Shown here piece after piece: positions 21,361 through 31,499 of a stretch of 64,000 nucleotides of DNA. Below the pieces are notes generated by a model. That model worked only from the letters and a program-made list of their open reading frames with translations, did not search any database and was not told the origin of the DNA. This DNA is from an uncultured delta proteobacterium (GTDB taxonomy: Bacteria; Desulfobacterota; Syntrophia; Syntrophales; UBA5619). The first letter of the stretch is position 1; each line of letters starts with the position of its first letter. A program made the position numbers and the translations under genes. Location: NCBI GenBank assembly GCA_963817385.1, contig CAWFOM010000014.1, forward strand, positions 17,811 through 81,810, given 5' to 3'.

Positions 21361-21406
21361 AAAAAAACACCCGCCGCACGAGAATCCTCTCGTGCGGCGG
21401 GTGTTT
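21361..21406 (-). terminator. Intrinsic terminator (possibly bidirectional)
   Basis: 19-bp perfect stem AAACACCCGCCGCACGAGA/TCTCGTGCGGCGGGTGTTT with a T tract on the minus strand, between convergent rmuC and RRM genes. Confidence 0.75.
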
Positions 21407-21523
21407 GAGCATACGCCCAAAACGACGCAACCGCATTGCAGACAGATCACCAAGAAATCGCGATGCGCTTTTGCTTCACGGTAACGGTCAGGATGGCTGT
21501 CCGTGATCGATGGTTACCGGCAG

Positions 21524-21856
21524 TTAGTACCTGCCGCGCCCGCCTCGGAAGCCGCCGCCGCCCGGACCGCGGTTGCCGCCGCCATCCCGGCGAGGGCCGC
21601 TCGACTCCGTCTTCGGCCGGGCCTCGTTGACGGTGATCGTTTTGCCGTCAAGGTCGCCGCCGTTGAACTTCTTGATCGCCTCCTGGGCGCCTTCTTCGGT
21701 CTCCATCTCGACGAAACCGAAGCCCCGCGAGACGCCGGAAAATTTGTCCTTGATGATCGACACCGATGCGACCGCTCCCGCCTCGGAGAAATTGTTCTTC
21801 AGGTCCTCCTCTGTAACCTTCTGCGATAAGTTCCCTACATATAAATTTTTATTCAT
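21524..21856 (-). CDS. RRM RNA-binding protein with Gly/Arg-rich tail
   Basis: RNP2 LYVGNL, RNP1 RGFGFVEM, RGG tail; RBS AGGAGG before ATG 21856. Confidence 0.93.
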   Translation of the reverse strand: MNKNLYVGNLSQKVTEEDLKNNFSEAGAVASVSIIKDKFSGVSRGFGFVEMETEEGAQEAIKKFNGGDLDGKTITVNEARPKTESSGPRRDGGGNRGPGGGGFRGGRGRY

Positions 21857-22192
21857 TTTCCGCCTCCTTAATTGTTCGCGAATTGCCCTTCCACTCCTCC
21901 CTGGCACGGGGAAGAAATGGAGCAAGGTCATGTTCATGCCGCGCAGCGTCCTGCCTTGGCATGAAGGTTTACTAGAATAAAAAACCGCCGAGACCCTGAA
22001 GAGTCAGGCGGTTTACCTTACGCTTCATATCGTCGATATTTTACCTTGCCGGCCGACCCGGTATTTATCCGTATATCTACGCTGAACGGTAAGGGAAGTC
22101 AAGGCATTTCTCCAAATGAGCTGGCGACCTTACGGTCAGGCAACACCGACTTCAGGAGTGCAGCGGGTGAAGCGGGATCAACCCGTGACTTC

Positions 22193-23500
22193 TCATCTTC
22201 CCCGGGTCTTAACGGCATACATGGATTGGTCCGCATGCCGCACGAGGGTATCGATGTCCTGACCATCTGCGGGATAGATGGCCGTACCGATACTGAAGGC
22301 AACAAAAAACGCATCTTCCCGGACAATGATGGGGCTTGTAAAAGCGGTCATGATCCTCTCGGTAACGAGTTCCATGCTCTCCGGGTTCGCAACCTCCGGC
22401 AGGAGGGCAACGAATTCGTCCCCTCCGGTGCGCGCCACGGTATCCTCATCCCGCATGAGTTTTTTCAGACGGTCGGCCACCGCAACCAGCACGCTGTCCC
22501 CGATATCATGTCCGAAGCTGTCGTTGACATCCTTGAACTTGTCGAGGTCCAGCACCATGATGCCGAAGGGCCGTTCTTTTCTCTTCGCCTGGGCCAGGAT
22601 CATGGCTGCATGGTCGTAAAAAAGGGCCCGGTTGGGCAGGCCGGTGAGAAGGTCGTGGTAGGCCATCCATTCCACGTTCTCCTCAACCCGCTTGCGCTCC
22701 GTAATATCCCGGGTGATCCCCCGGAAACCTGTCGGCCGTCCTTCGGCATCCCTGATGAGCGAAACGGACACCTCGACATGCACCCGCGATCCGTCGAGCC
22801 GGAAGACATCCCAATCCAGTTCCTTCAACGATTCGCCAGTGGAATATACCTTGAAAAAGCTCTGATAAATCTTCGGCCAGTACTCCTTCGGCGTATATTC
22901 GCGGAAGTTCATCCCCCTCACCGTCTCCCAGTTCGCTCCGGCCATTCGGAAAAAGGGTTCGCTTGCATAGATCAGATTGCCGGTCAGGTCTACCTCGAAA
23001 TAACCGTCTTCGATGTTTTCGAGGATGGTCCGGTACCGTTCCTCGCTGAGGCGTAATTCATCCTCCTTCTTCTTCCTGTCGGTAATATCCCGCCCGCCCA
23101 GAACGGCCCCGATGATCCGTCCTTCATCATTCCGGATTGCGCTTCCGAGCACCTCCAGCCAGAGATCATATCCTTCCCGGTGGCGGACACGGAGTTCGAC
23201 TTTGCTCTCCTGTTCCTCGGTCTTCAGTTTCAGGATGGGCAGGGCGTACGCCAGATCGTCGGCGTTGACGAAATCGGCCACATTGCACCCGATGAGCTCC
23301 TTTATGTCGTAGCCCAACATTTTTTTCACCGAAGGGGAAACGAACTCGACCACCGCCCCAAGATCGACCTGGACGACAAGATCCACCATGTTGTCCGTGA
23401 TTCTCCGGAGCCTCTCCTCGCTCTTCCGGAGGGCCGTATCCGCCAGGGGCGGCTGCGGACAGTCGGTGCGATTTATCTTGGTTGAGATTGATTTCTTCAT
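22193..23500 (-). CDS. PAS-PAS diguanylate cyclase
   Basis: Two PAS/PAC units ending RDITD/RDITE, HDLLTGLPNR, RDED I-site, GGDEF. Confidence 0.93.
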   Translation of the reverse strand: MKKSISTKINRTDCPQPPLADTALRKSEERLRRITDNMVDLVVQVDLGAVVEFVSPSVKKMLGYDIKELIGCNVADFVNADDLAYALPILKLKTEEQESKVELRVRHREGYDLWLEVLGSAIRNDEGRIIGAVLGGRDITDRKKKEDELRLSEERYRTILENIEDGYFEVDLTGNLIYASEPFFRMAGANWETVRGMNFREYTPKEYWPKIYQSFFKVYSTGESLKELDWDVFRLDGSRVHVEVSVSLIRDAEGRPTGFRGITRDITERKRVEENVEWMAYHDLLTGLPNRALFYDHAAMILAQAKRKERPFGIMVLDLDKFKDVNDSFGHDIGDSVLVAVADRLKKLMRDEDTVARTGGDEFVALLPEVANPESMELVTERIMTAFTSPIIVREDAFFVAFSIGTAIYPADGQDIDTLVRHADQSMYAVKTRGR

Positions 23501-23825
23501 TCACGCACCCGACAGACAGGATCGGCAAATCCACGGCAGCAGATCAGACATGATTGAATCCGCCAGCGAGAGCATTTCCCGCGGCTTGCCATGGGGTAAG
23601 CGAGCATAAACAGAATGGCTTATTCTCCGAAATGATCGAAGATTCTCCGCAGCTTGCTCCATGAGAGTTTCAATACTGTGGGTTCATAACGTTGACTGAA
23701 CCAATTGTCAATGGATAAAATTGAAAATTCCTTCAGGATTCACGTTCTCTCCGACGCAGAAGGAATCCACTTTCCGCACATGACAATCCCGGCAGGTCGA
23801 TCGATACAAACAGAAGAATTAATCC

Positions 23826-23854
23826 TTGACTTTCCCTCAGAAGACGTGTAAACT
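23826..23854 (+). promoter_or_regulatory. Sigma-70-type promoter of the cold-shock gene (long 5' UTR)
   Basis: TTGACT, 17 nt, TAAACT about 140 nt upstream of the start. Confidence 0.5.
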
Positions 23855-23996
23855 ATCGCCCACAATAAGTTTGGATTAAGACATTATGATTTACGAAGGC
23901 GGCCACCAAGCTTTTTGCGAGTTTCGGTGGTTTTTTGCTTTCTGTCATTGTGCAGATCCGACTTAAGGAACTTTTTAAGAAAGGAGGATGCAAACG

Positions 23997-24197
23997 ATGT
24001 CAGAAGGTAAAGTGAAGTGGTTCAATGAGCAAAAAGGCTTCGGGTTCATCGAAAAGGATGAAGGCGGTGACGTGTTCGTCCATCACAGCGCCATTCAAGC
24101 AGTCGGCTTCAAAACGTTGGCCGAGGGTCAGCGCGTCAGCTTTGAAGTCAAGCAGGGTCCGAAAGGCCCGGCAGCGGAAAACGTAAAGCCCCTGTAA
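23997..24197 (+). CDS. csp: Cold-shock protein
   Basis: [15 protein letters not shown]...[18 protein letters not shown]. Confidence 0.96.
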   Translation: MSEGKVKWFNEQKGFGFIEKDEGGDVFVHHSAIQAVGFKTLAEGQRVSFEVKQGPKGPAAENVKPL

Positions 24198-24210
24198 CCC
24201 CCAACAATCC

Positions 24211-24258
24211 AAAAGAGGCATCCCCGTCCATGAAAATGGCGCTGGGGTGCCTTTTTTT
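24211..24258 (+). terminator. Intrinsic terminator between csp and glpK
   Basis: AGGCATCCC...GGGGTGCCT stem followed by T7. Confidence 0.7.
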
Positions 24259-24316
24259 ATGGATATTCGCACGCTTATCCCGCGGTAAACCTTGGTCCAT
24301 GCGTTCGCTGCTGGAT

Positions 24317-25807
24317 TCAGGGTTCAACCCAGTTTCGGGAGCGCTCCAGCGCTCGCTTCCATCCCCGGGTGAGTCGTTCAACACGCTCCCGACCCATATT
24401 CGGCAGAAAACGCTTTTCCTCCGGCAGCCGGTTGCCTATCTCATCGGCGTTTTTCCAGCAACCCACGGCGAGACCGGCCAGATAGGCGGCGCCCAGCGCC
24501 GTCGTCTCCCGAATCGGTGGTCGCACGACGGGCACACCCAGGATGTCCGCCTGAAACTGCATCAGGGTATCGTTCACCGTGGCGCCGCCGTCGACGCGCA
24601 GTTCCCCGATACTGATCCGGGAATCGGCCCGCATGCATTCCAGCAGGTCCGCCGACTGATAGGCAATACTCTCCAGGGCGGCGCGGGCGATATGGGCCGC
24701 CGTCGTCCCCCGAGTGATCCCCACCAGGACGCCCCGGGCATAGGGATCCCACTGGGGCGCTCCCAGCCCTGCAAAGGCGGGCACCAGGTAGACGCCATCG
24801 GTGTCCTCCACCTGACAGGCCAGCGCTTCCACATCGGCGGAAGAGGCGATGATACCCAATCCGTCCCGCAGCCACTGCACCACTGCCCCTCCGACAAATA
24901 CGCTCCCCTCGAGGGCATAATCCGTTCTTTCCCCGATCTTCCAGGCCACGGTGGCGAGCAGATGATTAACCGAGAGGACGGGCAACTTCCCCGTATTCAT
25001 CAGCATGAAACACCCCGTACCATAGGTATTCTTCACCATGCCCGGCTCGGTACAGCGCTGACCGAAAAGGGCCGCCTGCTGGTCCCCGGCCGCGCTACCG
25101 ATCGGGATCGGGACGGAAAAGGCCGCGGTATGCGTTTCACCATAAACTTCGCTGGTGGCGCGGATTTCCGGCAACATTGCCCGGGGAACATTCAGTATCC
25201 GGAGGAGTTCGTCATCCCAGTCGCCCGTATGGATATTGTAGAGCATGGTCCGCGAGGCGTTGGAGCAGTCGGTGACATGCCGGGCGCCGCCGGTGAGGTT
25301 CCAGATCAGCCAGGTATCGATCGTCCCGAAGGCGAGGCGCCCTTCCTCAGCCATCCGCCGGGCGTCGGGCAGGTGATCGAGAATCCAGGCGATCTTGGTC
25401 CCGGAGAAGTAGGCGTCCGGGACAAGGCCGGTCTTTCCCCGGATCAGTTCTCCCAGTCCCTCCGCTTGCAACCGATCGCAGACGGCGGCGGTGCGACGAT
25501 CCTGCCAGACGATGGCGTTGGTGATCGGCCGGCCCGTGGCGCGCTCCCAGACCACCGTGGTTTCCCGCTGGTTGGTGATTCCGAGGGCGGCGATGTCGGC
25601 GCCTCCCAGGTTCGCATTCTTCAGAGCCAGGGTGGCCACCCCGGCCTGGGTTTCCCATATCTCGCGAGGATCGTGCTCCACCCATCCGGGCCGGGGATAA
25701 TACTGGCTGAACTCCTTCTGGGCCGAGGCGACCACCGACCCGGCGTCATCGAAGACAATCGCGCGGGAACTGGTCGTGCCCTGATCAAGGGCCAGGAGAA
25801 AGGCCAT
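24317..25807 (-). CDS. glpK: Glycerol kinase
   Basis: [52 protein letters not shown]. Confidence 0.96.
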   Translation of the reverse strand: MAFLLALDQGTTSSRAIVFDDAGSVVASAQKEFSQYYPRPGWVEHDPREIWETQAGVATLALKNANLGGADIAALGITNQRETTVVWERATGRPITNAIVWQDRRTAAVCDRLQAEGLGELIRGKTGLVPDAYFSGTKIAWILDHLPDARRMAEEGRLAFGTIDTWLIWNLTGGARHVTDCSNASRTMLYNIHTGDWDDELLRILNVPRAMLPEIRATSEVYGETHTAAFSVPIPIGSAAGDQQAALFGQRCTEPGMVKNTYGTGCFMLMNTGKLPVLSVNHLLATVAWKIGERTDYALEGSVFVGGAVVQWLRDGLGIIASSADVEALACQVEDTDGVYLVPAFAGLGAPQWDPYARGVLVGITRGTTAAHIARAALESIAYQSADLLECMRADSRISIGELRVDGGATVNDTLMQFQADILGVPVVRPPIRETTALGAAYLAGLAVGCWKNADEIGNRLPEEKRFLPNMGRERVERLTRGWKRALERSRNWVEP

Positions 25808-25944
25808 GGGAACCTCCTTGGGGAAAGAATAGAGAGAGCCTCGACAAATTGTCAAGGGAAAATCCGCCGATTATGGTTGATCGATGCATGAATTAACGGT
25901 ATGTATCAACCAGGATAAAATTATCGGATATAAGGAGGAAGCAG

Positions 25945-26430
25945 ATGAACGGAAAACAATGGGACCGGCCGCCGGAAATGCAGATCGATCCGAAGATGGG
26001 CTATCTTGTCACCATGGAAACAAACCGGGGAACGATCGAACTGGAACTCTTCCCTCAGCATGCGCCCAAAACCGTCAACAACTTCGTTTTTCTGGTGCGG
26101 GAAGGCTTCTATGACGGCGTACCGTTCCACCGGGTGATCGGCGATTTCATGATCCAGGGAGGCGATCCGACCGGAACGGGCCGGGGCGGACCCGGGTACC
26201 GCTTTGAGGACGAACTCAAGGGAAATCCGCTCACCCATGACGCAAAGGTGATCTCGATGGCAAATGCCGGACCGGACACGAACGGGAGCCAGTTTTTCAT
26301 CACGCACTCGCCGCAGCCCCACCTGAACGGAAAGCACACCGTCTTCGGGAAAATCGTCAAGGGGCAGGACGTCGTGGACGCGATCCGCCAGGGCGACCGG
26401 ATGGAGCGGGTATCGGTGCGCGAGAAGTAG
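25945..26430 (+). CDS. Cyclophilin-type peptidyl-prolyl isomerase
   Basis: [40 protein letters not shown]. Confidence 0.95.
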   Translation: MNGKQWDRPPEMQIDPKMGYLVTMETNRGTIELELFPQHAPKTVNNFVFLVREGFYDGVPFHRVIGDFMIQGGDPTGTGRGGPGYRFEDELKGNPLTHDAKVISMANAGPDTNGSQFFITHSPQPHLNGKHTVFGKIVKGQDVVDAIRQGDRMERVSVREK

Positions 26431-26441
26431 GAACGCTGCTC

Positions 26442-27470
26442 ATGAAAGCAATGATCCTGCAGGGAATTTCCTTATTCGCCGATAATCCCGCACCGCTGAT
26501 TCCGGTCGAGATGCCGGAGCCGGCACCGGGTGAAGCGGAGATCCTCATTGCCGTCTCCGCCTGTGGCGTCTGCCATACGGAGCTCGACGAGATCGAGGGG
26601 CGGACCCCGCCGCCTGTTTTCCCCATCATCTTAGGACATCAGGTCGTCGGGACGGTCGCCGCCCGGGGACCGAACGCCGGACGGTTCCGGATCGGCGAGC
26701 GGGTGGGGGTCGGCTGGATCCACCGGGTCTGCGGAGCCTGCAACGCCTGCCGCGCCGGAAGCGAGAACCTCTGTGAGAGGTTCCGCGCCACAGGCCGTGA
26801 TGCAAACGGCGGCTATGCGGAATTCATGACCGTGCCCGAGGCCTTCGTCTACGCCATCCCGGAGCTCTTCTCCGACGCGGAGGCCGCGCCGCTTTTGTGC
26901 GCCGGCGCCATCGGCTATCGGTCGCTCCGCCTGGCTCATCTCCGGGACGGACAGAACCTCGGCCTCACCGGCTTCGGCGCCTCCGCGCACCTCGTCCTCA
27001 CCATGGTCCGCCATCGATTTCCCCGGGCAAAGATCTTCGTCTTCGCCCGGAACGGGCGGGAACGGGCCTTCGCGCGCGAACTGGGGGCCGCCTGGACCGG
27101 GGCGACCGAAGAGGCGCCGCCGGAGAAGCTCCAGGCCGTCATCGACACGACGCCGGCCTGGAAACCGGTCGTGGAGGCCCTGAAGAATCTCGCCCCGGGC
27201 GGCCGCCTCGTCGTCAATGCCATCCGGAAAGAGGAGCGTGACAAGGCGGAACTCCTGCGGCTGGACTATCCCGCGCACCTCTGGCTGGAAAAGGAGATCA
27301 AGAGCGTCGCCAATGTCGCCCGGAGCGACATCCGGGAATTTCTGGAGCTGGCGGCGGAGATCCCCCTTCGGCCCGAGGTGGAGGAGTATCCCCTCGCGGA
27401 CGCCAACCGGGCCCTTGCCGAACTCAAGGAGGGGAAGATCCGCGGAGCGAAGGTCCTTCGCATGGCATGA
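26442..27470 (+). CDS. Zinc-dependent alcohol dehydrogenase family protein
   Basis: CGVCHTE, GHQVVG, CxxCxxCx7C structural Zn site, APLLCAG. Confidence 0.92.
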   Translation: MKAMILQGISLFADNPAPLIPVEMPEPAPGEAEILIAVSACGVCHTELDEIEGRTPPPVFPIILGHQVVGTVAARGPNAGRFRIGERVGVGWIHRVCGACNACRAGSENLCERFRATGRDANGGYAEFMTVPEAFVYAIPELFSDAEAAPLLCAGAIGYRSLRLAHLRDGQNLGLTGFGASAHLVLTMVRHRFPRAKIFVFARNGRERAFARELGAAWTGATEEAPPEKLQAVIDTTPAWKPVVEALKNLAPGGRLVVNAIRKEERDKAELLRLDYPAHLWLEKEIKSVANVARSDIREFLELAAEIPLRPEVEEYPLADANRALAELKEGKIRGAKVLRMA

Positions 27471-27623
27471 GCGGCTGAAACTCCCTTTCCAATTCCCCTC
27501 ATCTGTGGTATGTCCCTGAACCGTTTTTCGTGATCATGAGACCCCGCGGGCGCGACAATGCGAAGAGGCTGCACCGGCACTCCCTCCCGGGGCAGAGAAC
27601 CAAGAAAAGGAGGTTTTTACCGA

Positions 27624-28808
27624 TTGAATCTGCGTGCGACGTTCGGGGGGATGATGCCCCTGTTCATCCTGGGGCACTTCAGCCACCATGTCCTCACCTC
27701 GATCACGGTGCCCCTGATCCCCTTCATCCGCAGCGCCTTCGACCTGGATTATACCCAGTCGGGGCTGGTCATCTCCGCCTTTACGCTCGCCTACGGGTTC
27801 GGCCAGCTCCCCGCGGGCTGGCTCGCCGACCGCATCGAGCCTCGCAAGCTCTTGACCATCGGCATCTCCGGTGTGGCGCTGGCCGGCATCCTGGTCGGGC
27901 TGTCCCAAACCTACCTGCTGATGCTGTTCTTTCTCATCCTGATGGGGGTCCTGGCCGGCGGCTACCACCCGACGGCCCCGCCGCTGATCTCCGCAGCGGT
28001 GAGACCGGAGCACCTGGGTCAATCGCTCGGCCTGCACAATATCGGCGGCGGGGCAAGCCATTTTCTGACGCCGCTTATCGCCGTCGCGGTCGCCAACGCC
28101 TGGGGATGGCGGAATGCCTACCTCGCGATGGCGATTCCGACCGTTGTCTTCGGCATCCTCTTCTACGTGCGCCTCGGACAACTCAACGCCCGGGGGAAGT
28201 CAAACCGAGGCGGCGCTGAGAAAAACGAAGAGCAAACCGCGTCCCAACCGGAAGGCATGCGGCGAATCGTCGTCTTCCTGATCTTCACGACGTTCACGGC
28301 GGCGATCATCATCTCCGTCTCCTCGTTCATCCCACTGCTCATGGTTGATCATTTCCACGTGAGTAAGAAGACGGCAGCGGCCCTCCTCTCCGTGATCTAT
28401 GTTGCGGTCTTCTGGGCAAGTCCATTGGGCGGTTATCTCGCCGACCGCGTGGGAGGCGTCCGGGTGACCCTCGCGGTCTGCTTCATCGCCGGTCCCGTCA
28501 TCTTTCTGTTCACCGTTCTCCCCTACGGACCGGGGATCTTTGCACTGCTCATCCTCCTGGGAACGGTCATCTTCGCCCGGATGTCCGCTTCGGAAACCTT
28601 TATCGTCAGCAATACGCCGCCGGGTATCCGTTCTACGGTCCTGGGCATCTACTTTTTCACCGGCATGGAGGGGGGCGGGATACTGACACCGGTTCTGGGC
28701 TATGCAATCGACCATTTAGGCTTCCGGACAGCCTTCACGATCGCCGGCAGCGCCGTCTTCATGGTAACGATGATTTGTTCCTTCCTGCTCCGGGAGCGGA
28801 AGGGATAA
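27624..28808 (+). CDS. MFS transporter (Fsr-like)
   Basis: About 12 hydrophobic segments, GWLADRI and GYLADRVG motifs; TTG start 27624 after AGGAGG (ORF open from 27558). Confidence 0.88.
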   Translation: MNLRATFGGMMPLFILGHFSHHVLTSITVPLIPFIRSAFDLDYTQSGLVISAFTLAYGFGQLPAGWLADRIEPRKLLTIGISGVALAGILVGLSQTYLLMLFFLILMGVLAGGYHPTAPPLISAAVRPEHLGQSLGLHNIGGGASHFLTPLIAVAVANAWGWRNAYLAMAIPTVVFGILFYVRLGQLNARGKSNRGGAEKNEEQTASQPEGMRRIVVFLIFTTFTAAIIISVSSFIPLLMVDHFHVSKKTAAALLSVIYVAVFWASPLGGYLADRVGGVRVTLAVCFIAGPVIFLFTVLPYGPGIFALLILLGTVIFARMSASETFIVSNTPPGIRSTVLGIYFFTGMEGGGILTPVLGYAIDHLGFRTAFTIAGSAVFMVTMICSFLLRERKG

Positions 28809-28859
28809 CGGGAAAGCCGCGAAGGCCCCAAGAGGCCTTCCGGAGAAAAGGAGAATGAT

Positions 28860-29147
28860 ATGCTCAAACACGTGGTTCTGGCAAAGTTCAAACCGGGGGT
28901 GACCGCATCCGACATCGCCGCGCTCAAAAAGTCACTGGCGGCCCTTCCGAAGATCATCCCGGAGATCAAGGGATATGAATTCGGCGAGGATCTCCGGCCG
29001 GAGAGGTCCTTCGATTTCGCGCTGGTGTCGACCTTCGATGATGCCGAAGCACTGAAGCGCTACATCACGCAGCCCGACCATGCCGCCGTCGGCAAGCAGA
29101 TCCGGAGCCTCTGCGAGAGTCTCAATATCGTTGACTTTCCGTATTGA
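28860..29147 (+). CDS. Dabb-family (stress-responsive alpha/beta barrel) protein
   Basis: MLKHVVLAKFK...LAALP..IP...F...ALKRY..QPDH pattern. Confidence 0.88.
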   Translation: MLKHVVLAKFKPGVTASDIAALKKSLAALPKIIPEIKGYEFGEDLRPERSFDFALVSTFDDAEALKRYITQPDHAAVGKQIRSLCESLNIVDFPY

Positions 29148-29196
29148 ATCCGGCAGGCAGGTCAGACTGGCAAGGTGTCGAAATACACCCTGTTTT

Positions 29197-29322
29197 GCAG
29201 GCTGTTCAAAAATGCTTAGATGCAAGGCGCGCAAAAACCGAAGAGTGAGGCGTATAGGGAAATACGTCGAGCGATGAGGTTTGCAGCACAACGCAGCAGA
29301 TGAGCGTTTTTCAACAGCCTGC
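29197..29322. mobile_element. MITE-like element (126 bp) with 20-bp terminal inverted repeats
   Basis: Left GCAGGCTGTTCAAAAATGCT versus reverse complement of right end GCAGGCTGTTGAAAAACGCT (18/20); no transposase. Confidence 0.7.
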
Positions 29323-30369
29323 CAGGCGGATCTTCCCTTTCGGCGAGGCAGTGACCTCGCCGACGATCGCCGCCTCGGCGATCCCGGAGGCATGCATTTC
29401 ATGCAGAAGGTTCTTAGCCTCGCCGGCCGGCAGGGCGATGAGGAGACCTCCGGCGGTCTGCGGGTCGAAGAGGATGTCCACACGCCAGTCGGGGCACCCC
29501 GGAGAGATCTCGATCTGCCCTTCACGGAATTTCCTGTTCCGGATCAGTCCTCCGGGGACAATCCCCTCCTCGACAAACGGCCGGATCTCCGGGAAAAAGG
29601 GCACGGCCGCTACGTCGATCCGCATCCCGACGTCGCTCCCCTCGGCCATCTCCAGGGCATGCCCGAGGAAGCCGAAGCCGGTGACATCCGTGCAGGCGTG
29701 GATGGCATCCGTCTTGGCCATGAGTTCCGCCGCCTTGTTATTGAGGGTCGTCATGCAGGCGACGGAGCGGGCGATGAGCGCCGCGTCGGCGAGCCCGGCC
29801 TTCAAGGCCGTGCTGACGATCCCCGTTCCAAGCGGTTTGGTCAGGATCAGCCGATCCCCCGGCCTCGCCCCCTTGTTGAACAGAACCCGGTCGGGGTGGA
29901 TGACTCCGGTCACGGAGAGCCCGTACTTCAACTCATCGTCCTCCACGCTGTGGCCGCCGATTAAAAGGACGCCCGCCTCCCGCATCTTGTCAAGGCCGCC
30001 CCTGAGGATCTCGCGGAGGATCCCGATTGCCATCTTCCGGATGGGGAAGCAGACGATGTTCATCGCGGTGATCGGCCTGCCGCCCATCGCATAGACGTCA
30101 CCGAGCGCGTTGGTCACGGCAATTTGCCCGAACACGAACGGATCATCCACGATCGGGGTGAAGAAATCGACGGTCTGGATGATGGCCAGATCTTCACGGA
30201 GGCGATAGACGCCGGCGTCTTCCGCATGCTCCATTCCCACGATCAGATTCGGATCGGTGATGAGCGGCAGATCCTTCAATGCCTCTTTCAGGTCGCCCGG
30301 ACCTATCTTACAGGCTCAACCCGCCCCGTGGACCGTCTCCGTGAGACGCACCTTCGGTTCGCTGTCCAT
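29311..30369 (-). CDS. selD: Selenide, water dikinase (selenophosphate synthetase), selenocysteine-containing
   Basis: ATG 30369 gives MDSEPKVRLTETVHGAG-U(TGA 30318-30316)-ACKIGP, in frame with EDAGVY, QTVDFFTPIVDDP, GGHS, LTKPLGTG, DVTGFG, DPQTAGGLL. Confidence 0.95.
30281..30315 (-). promoter_or_regulatory. Bacterial SECIS hairpin
   Basis: Directly 3' of the UGA: GCCU-guaagau-AGGUC-cgggc-GACCU-gaaag-AGGC with a G-containing apical loop. Confidence 0.7.
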
Positions 30370-30568
30370 GGCCGACCTCCTTTCTGTTCGTCGTCGCCGT
30401 TCCGCACGGGAGCATGCGGCGTCGCAAAAGCCTCTTTCCCGCCCCTGTCGGCGGGCATTATACTGATCCTTTCAGAATATCACAAGAGGAATGAGGATAT
30501 AATGGCGCATTCATTAAGATTGCCATTCCCCGTTGCGCATCCGCCCCGATTATGGTATGCACGCGCTC

Positions 30569-31489
30569 ATGGGACACGACGGGTTTCGGAACATCACCTT
30601 GCAGCAGATGGAGGCGCTCATCCGCCTGGTTGAGACGGGGAGTTTTACGCATGCCGCCGAACGGATGTACCTCACCCAGCCCACGCTGACCAAGCATATC
30701 CGCAACATGGAAGATGCGGTCGGAGCGCGCGTCGTCGACCGGAAAAACACCGGGGTTTCCCTCACGCCGGAAGGCCGGATCCTGTATGATTATGCCCGCC
30801 GGATCGCGCGCCTGCGGGAGGACGCTCAGGAGAAGATCGAGAACCTGAAGACCGATGAGTCGGGGCACATCTTCCTGTGCGCAAGCACGATCCCGGCCAC
30901 GTACCTCATTCCCCGCTTCCTGGGTCTCCTGAATAAGAGCGATCCGGAGATCCGGGTCCACATCCAGACGGGAGACAGTGAGGAGACGATCCAGGCGATC
31001 CTCGGCGACCAGGCGGAAATGGGAATCGCCGGCAAGAACTCCTTAGACCGCAGGTTGAAGGTCGAGCCCCTCTGGAACGACCGCCTGGTTCTGGCCGTAC
31101 CGGCAGGCCATCCCTGGGTGAAGCGCTCCCACGTCTCCGTGGGGGAGATCGCTGAGGCTCCCTTTGTCCTTAGGGAGCGGGGCTCCGGAACCAGAAGCGC
31201 CCTGGAGGAATGCCTGGCGATACCGGGAGGCCGACCGCTCGGTTCTTTCAACATCACCTGCGAAATGGGGAGCTCCGAAGCGGTCAAGGAGGCCATTCTT
31301 GCCGGTCTCGGGGTTTCCGTCCTGTCGATCCACGCGATCGAACGGGAGCTCGCACAGGGACTCCTCGCGGCCGTCTCCATAGAGCATTGCGCGATTGCAC
31401 GTCGTTTTTATCTCATCACCCGGAAACAGTTCCGCCTGATGAAACATCACCGGCGATTTATGACAACCATTAAAAATTATCACATCTGA
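30569..31489 (+). CDS. LysR-family regulator divergent from selD (selenium-metabolism-associated type by context)
   Basis: GSFTHAAERMYLTQPTLT HTH, ASTIPATY, RERGSGTR, GSSEAVKEA. Confidence 0.9.
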   Translation: MGHDGFRNITLQQMEALIRLVETGSFTHAAERMYLTQPTLTKHIRNMEDAVGARVVDRKNTGVSLTPEGRILYDYARRIARLREDAQEKIENLKTDESGHIFLCASTIPATYLIPRFLGLLNKSDPEIRVHIQTGDSEETIQAILGDQAEMGIAGKNSLDRRLKVEPLWNDRLVLAVPAGHPWVKRSHVSVGEIAEAPFVLRERGSGTRSALEECLAIPGGRPLGSFNITCEMGSSEAVKEAILAGLGVSVLSIHAIERELAQGLLAAVSIEHCAIARRFYLITRKQFRLMKHHRRFMTTIKNYHI

Positions 31490-31499
31490 GGGTTTCCGC

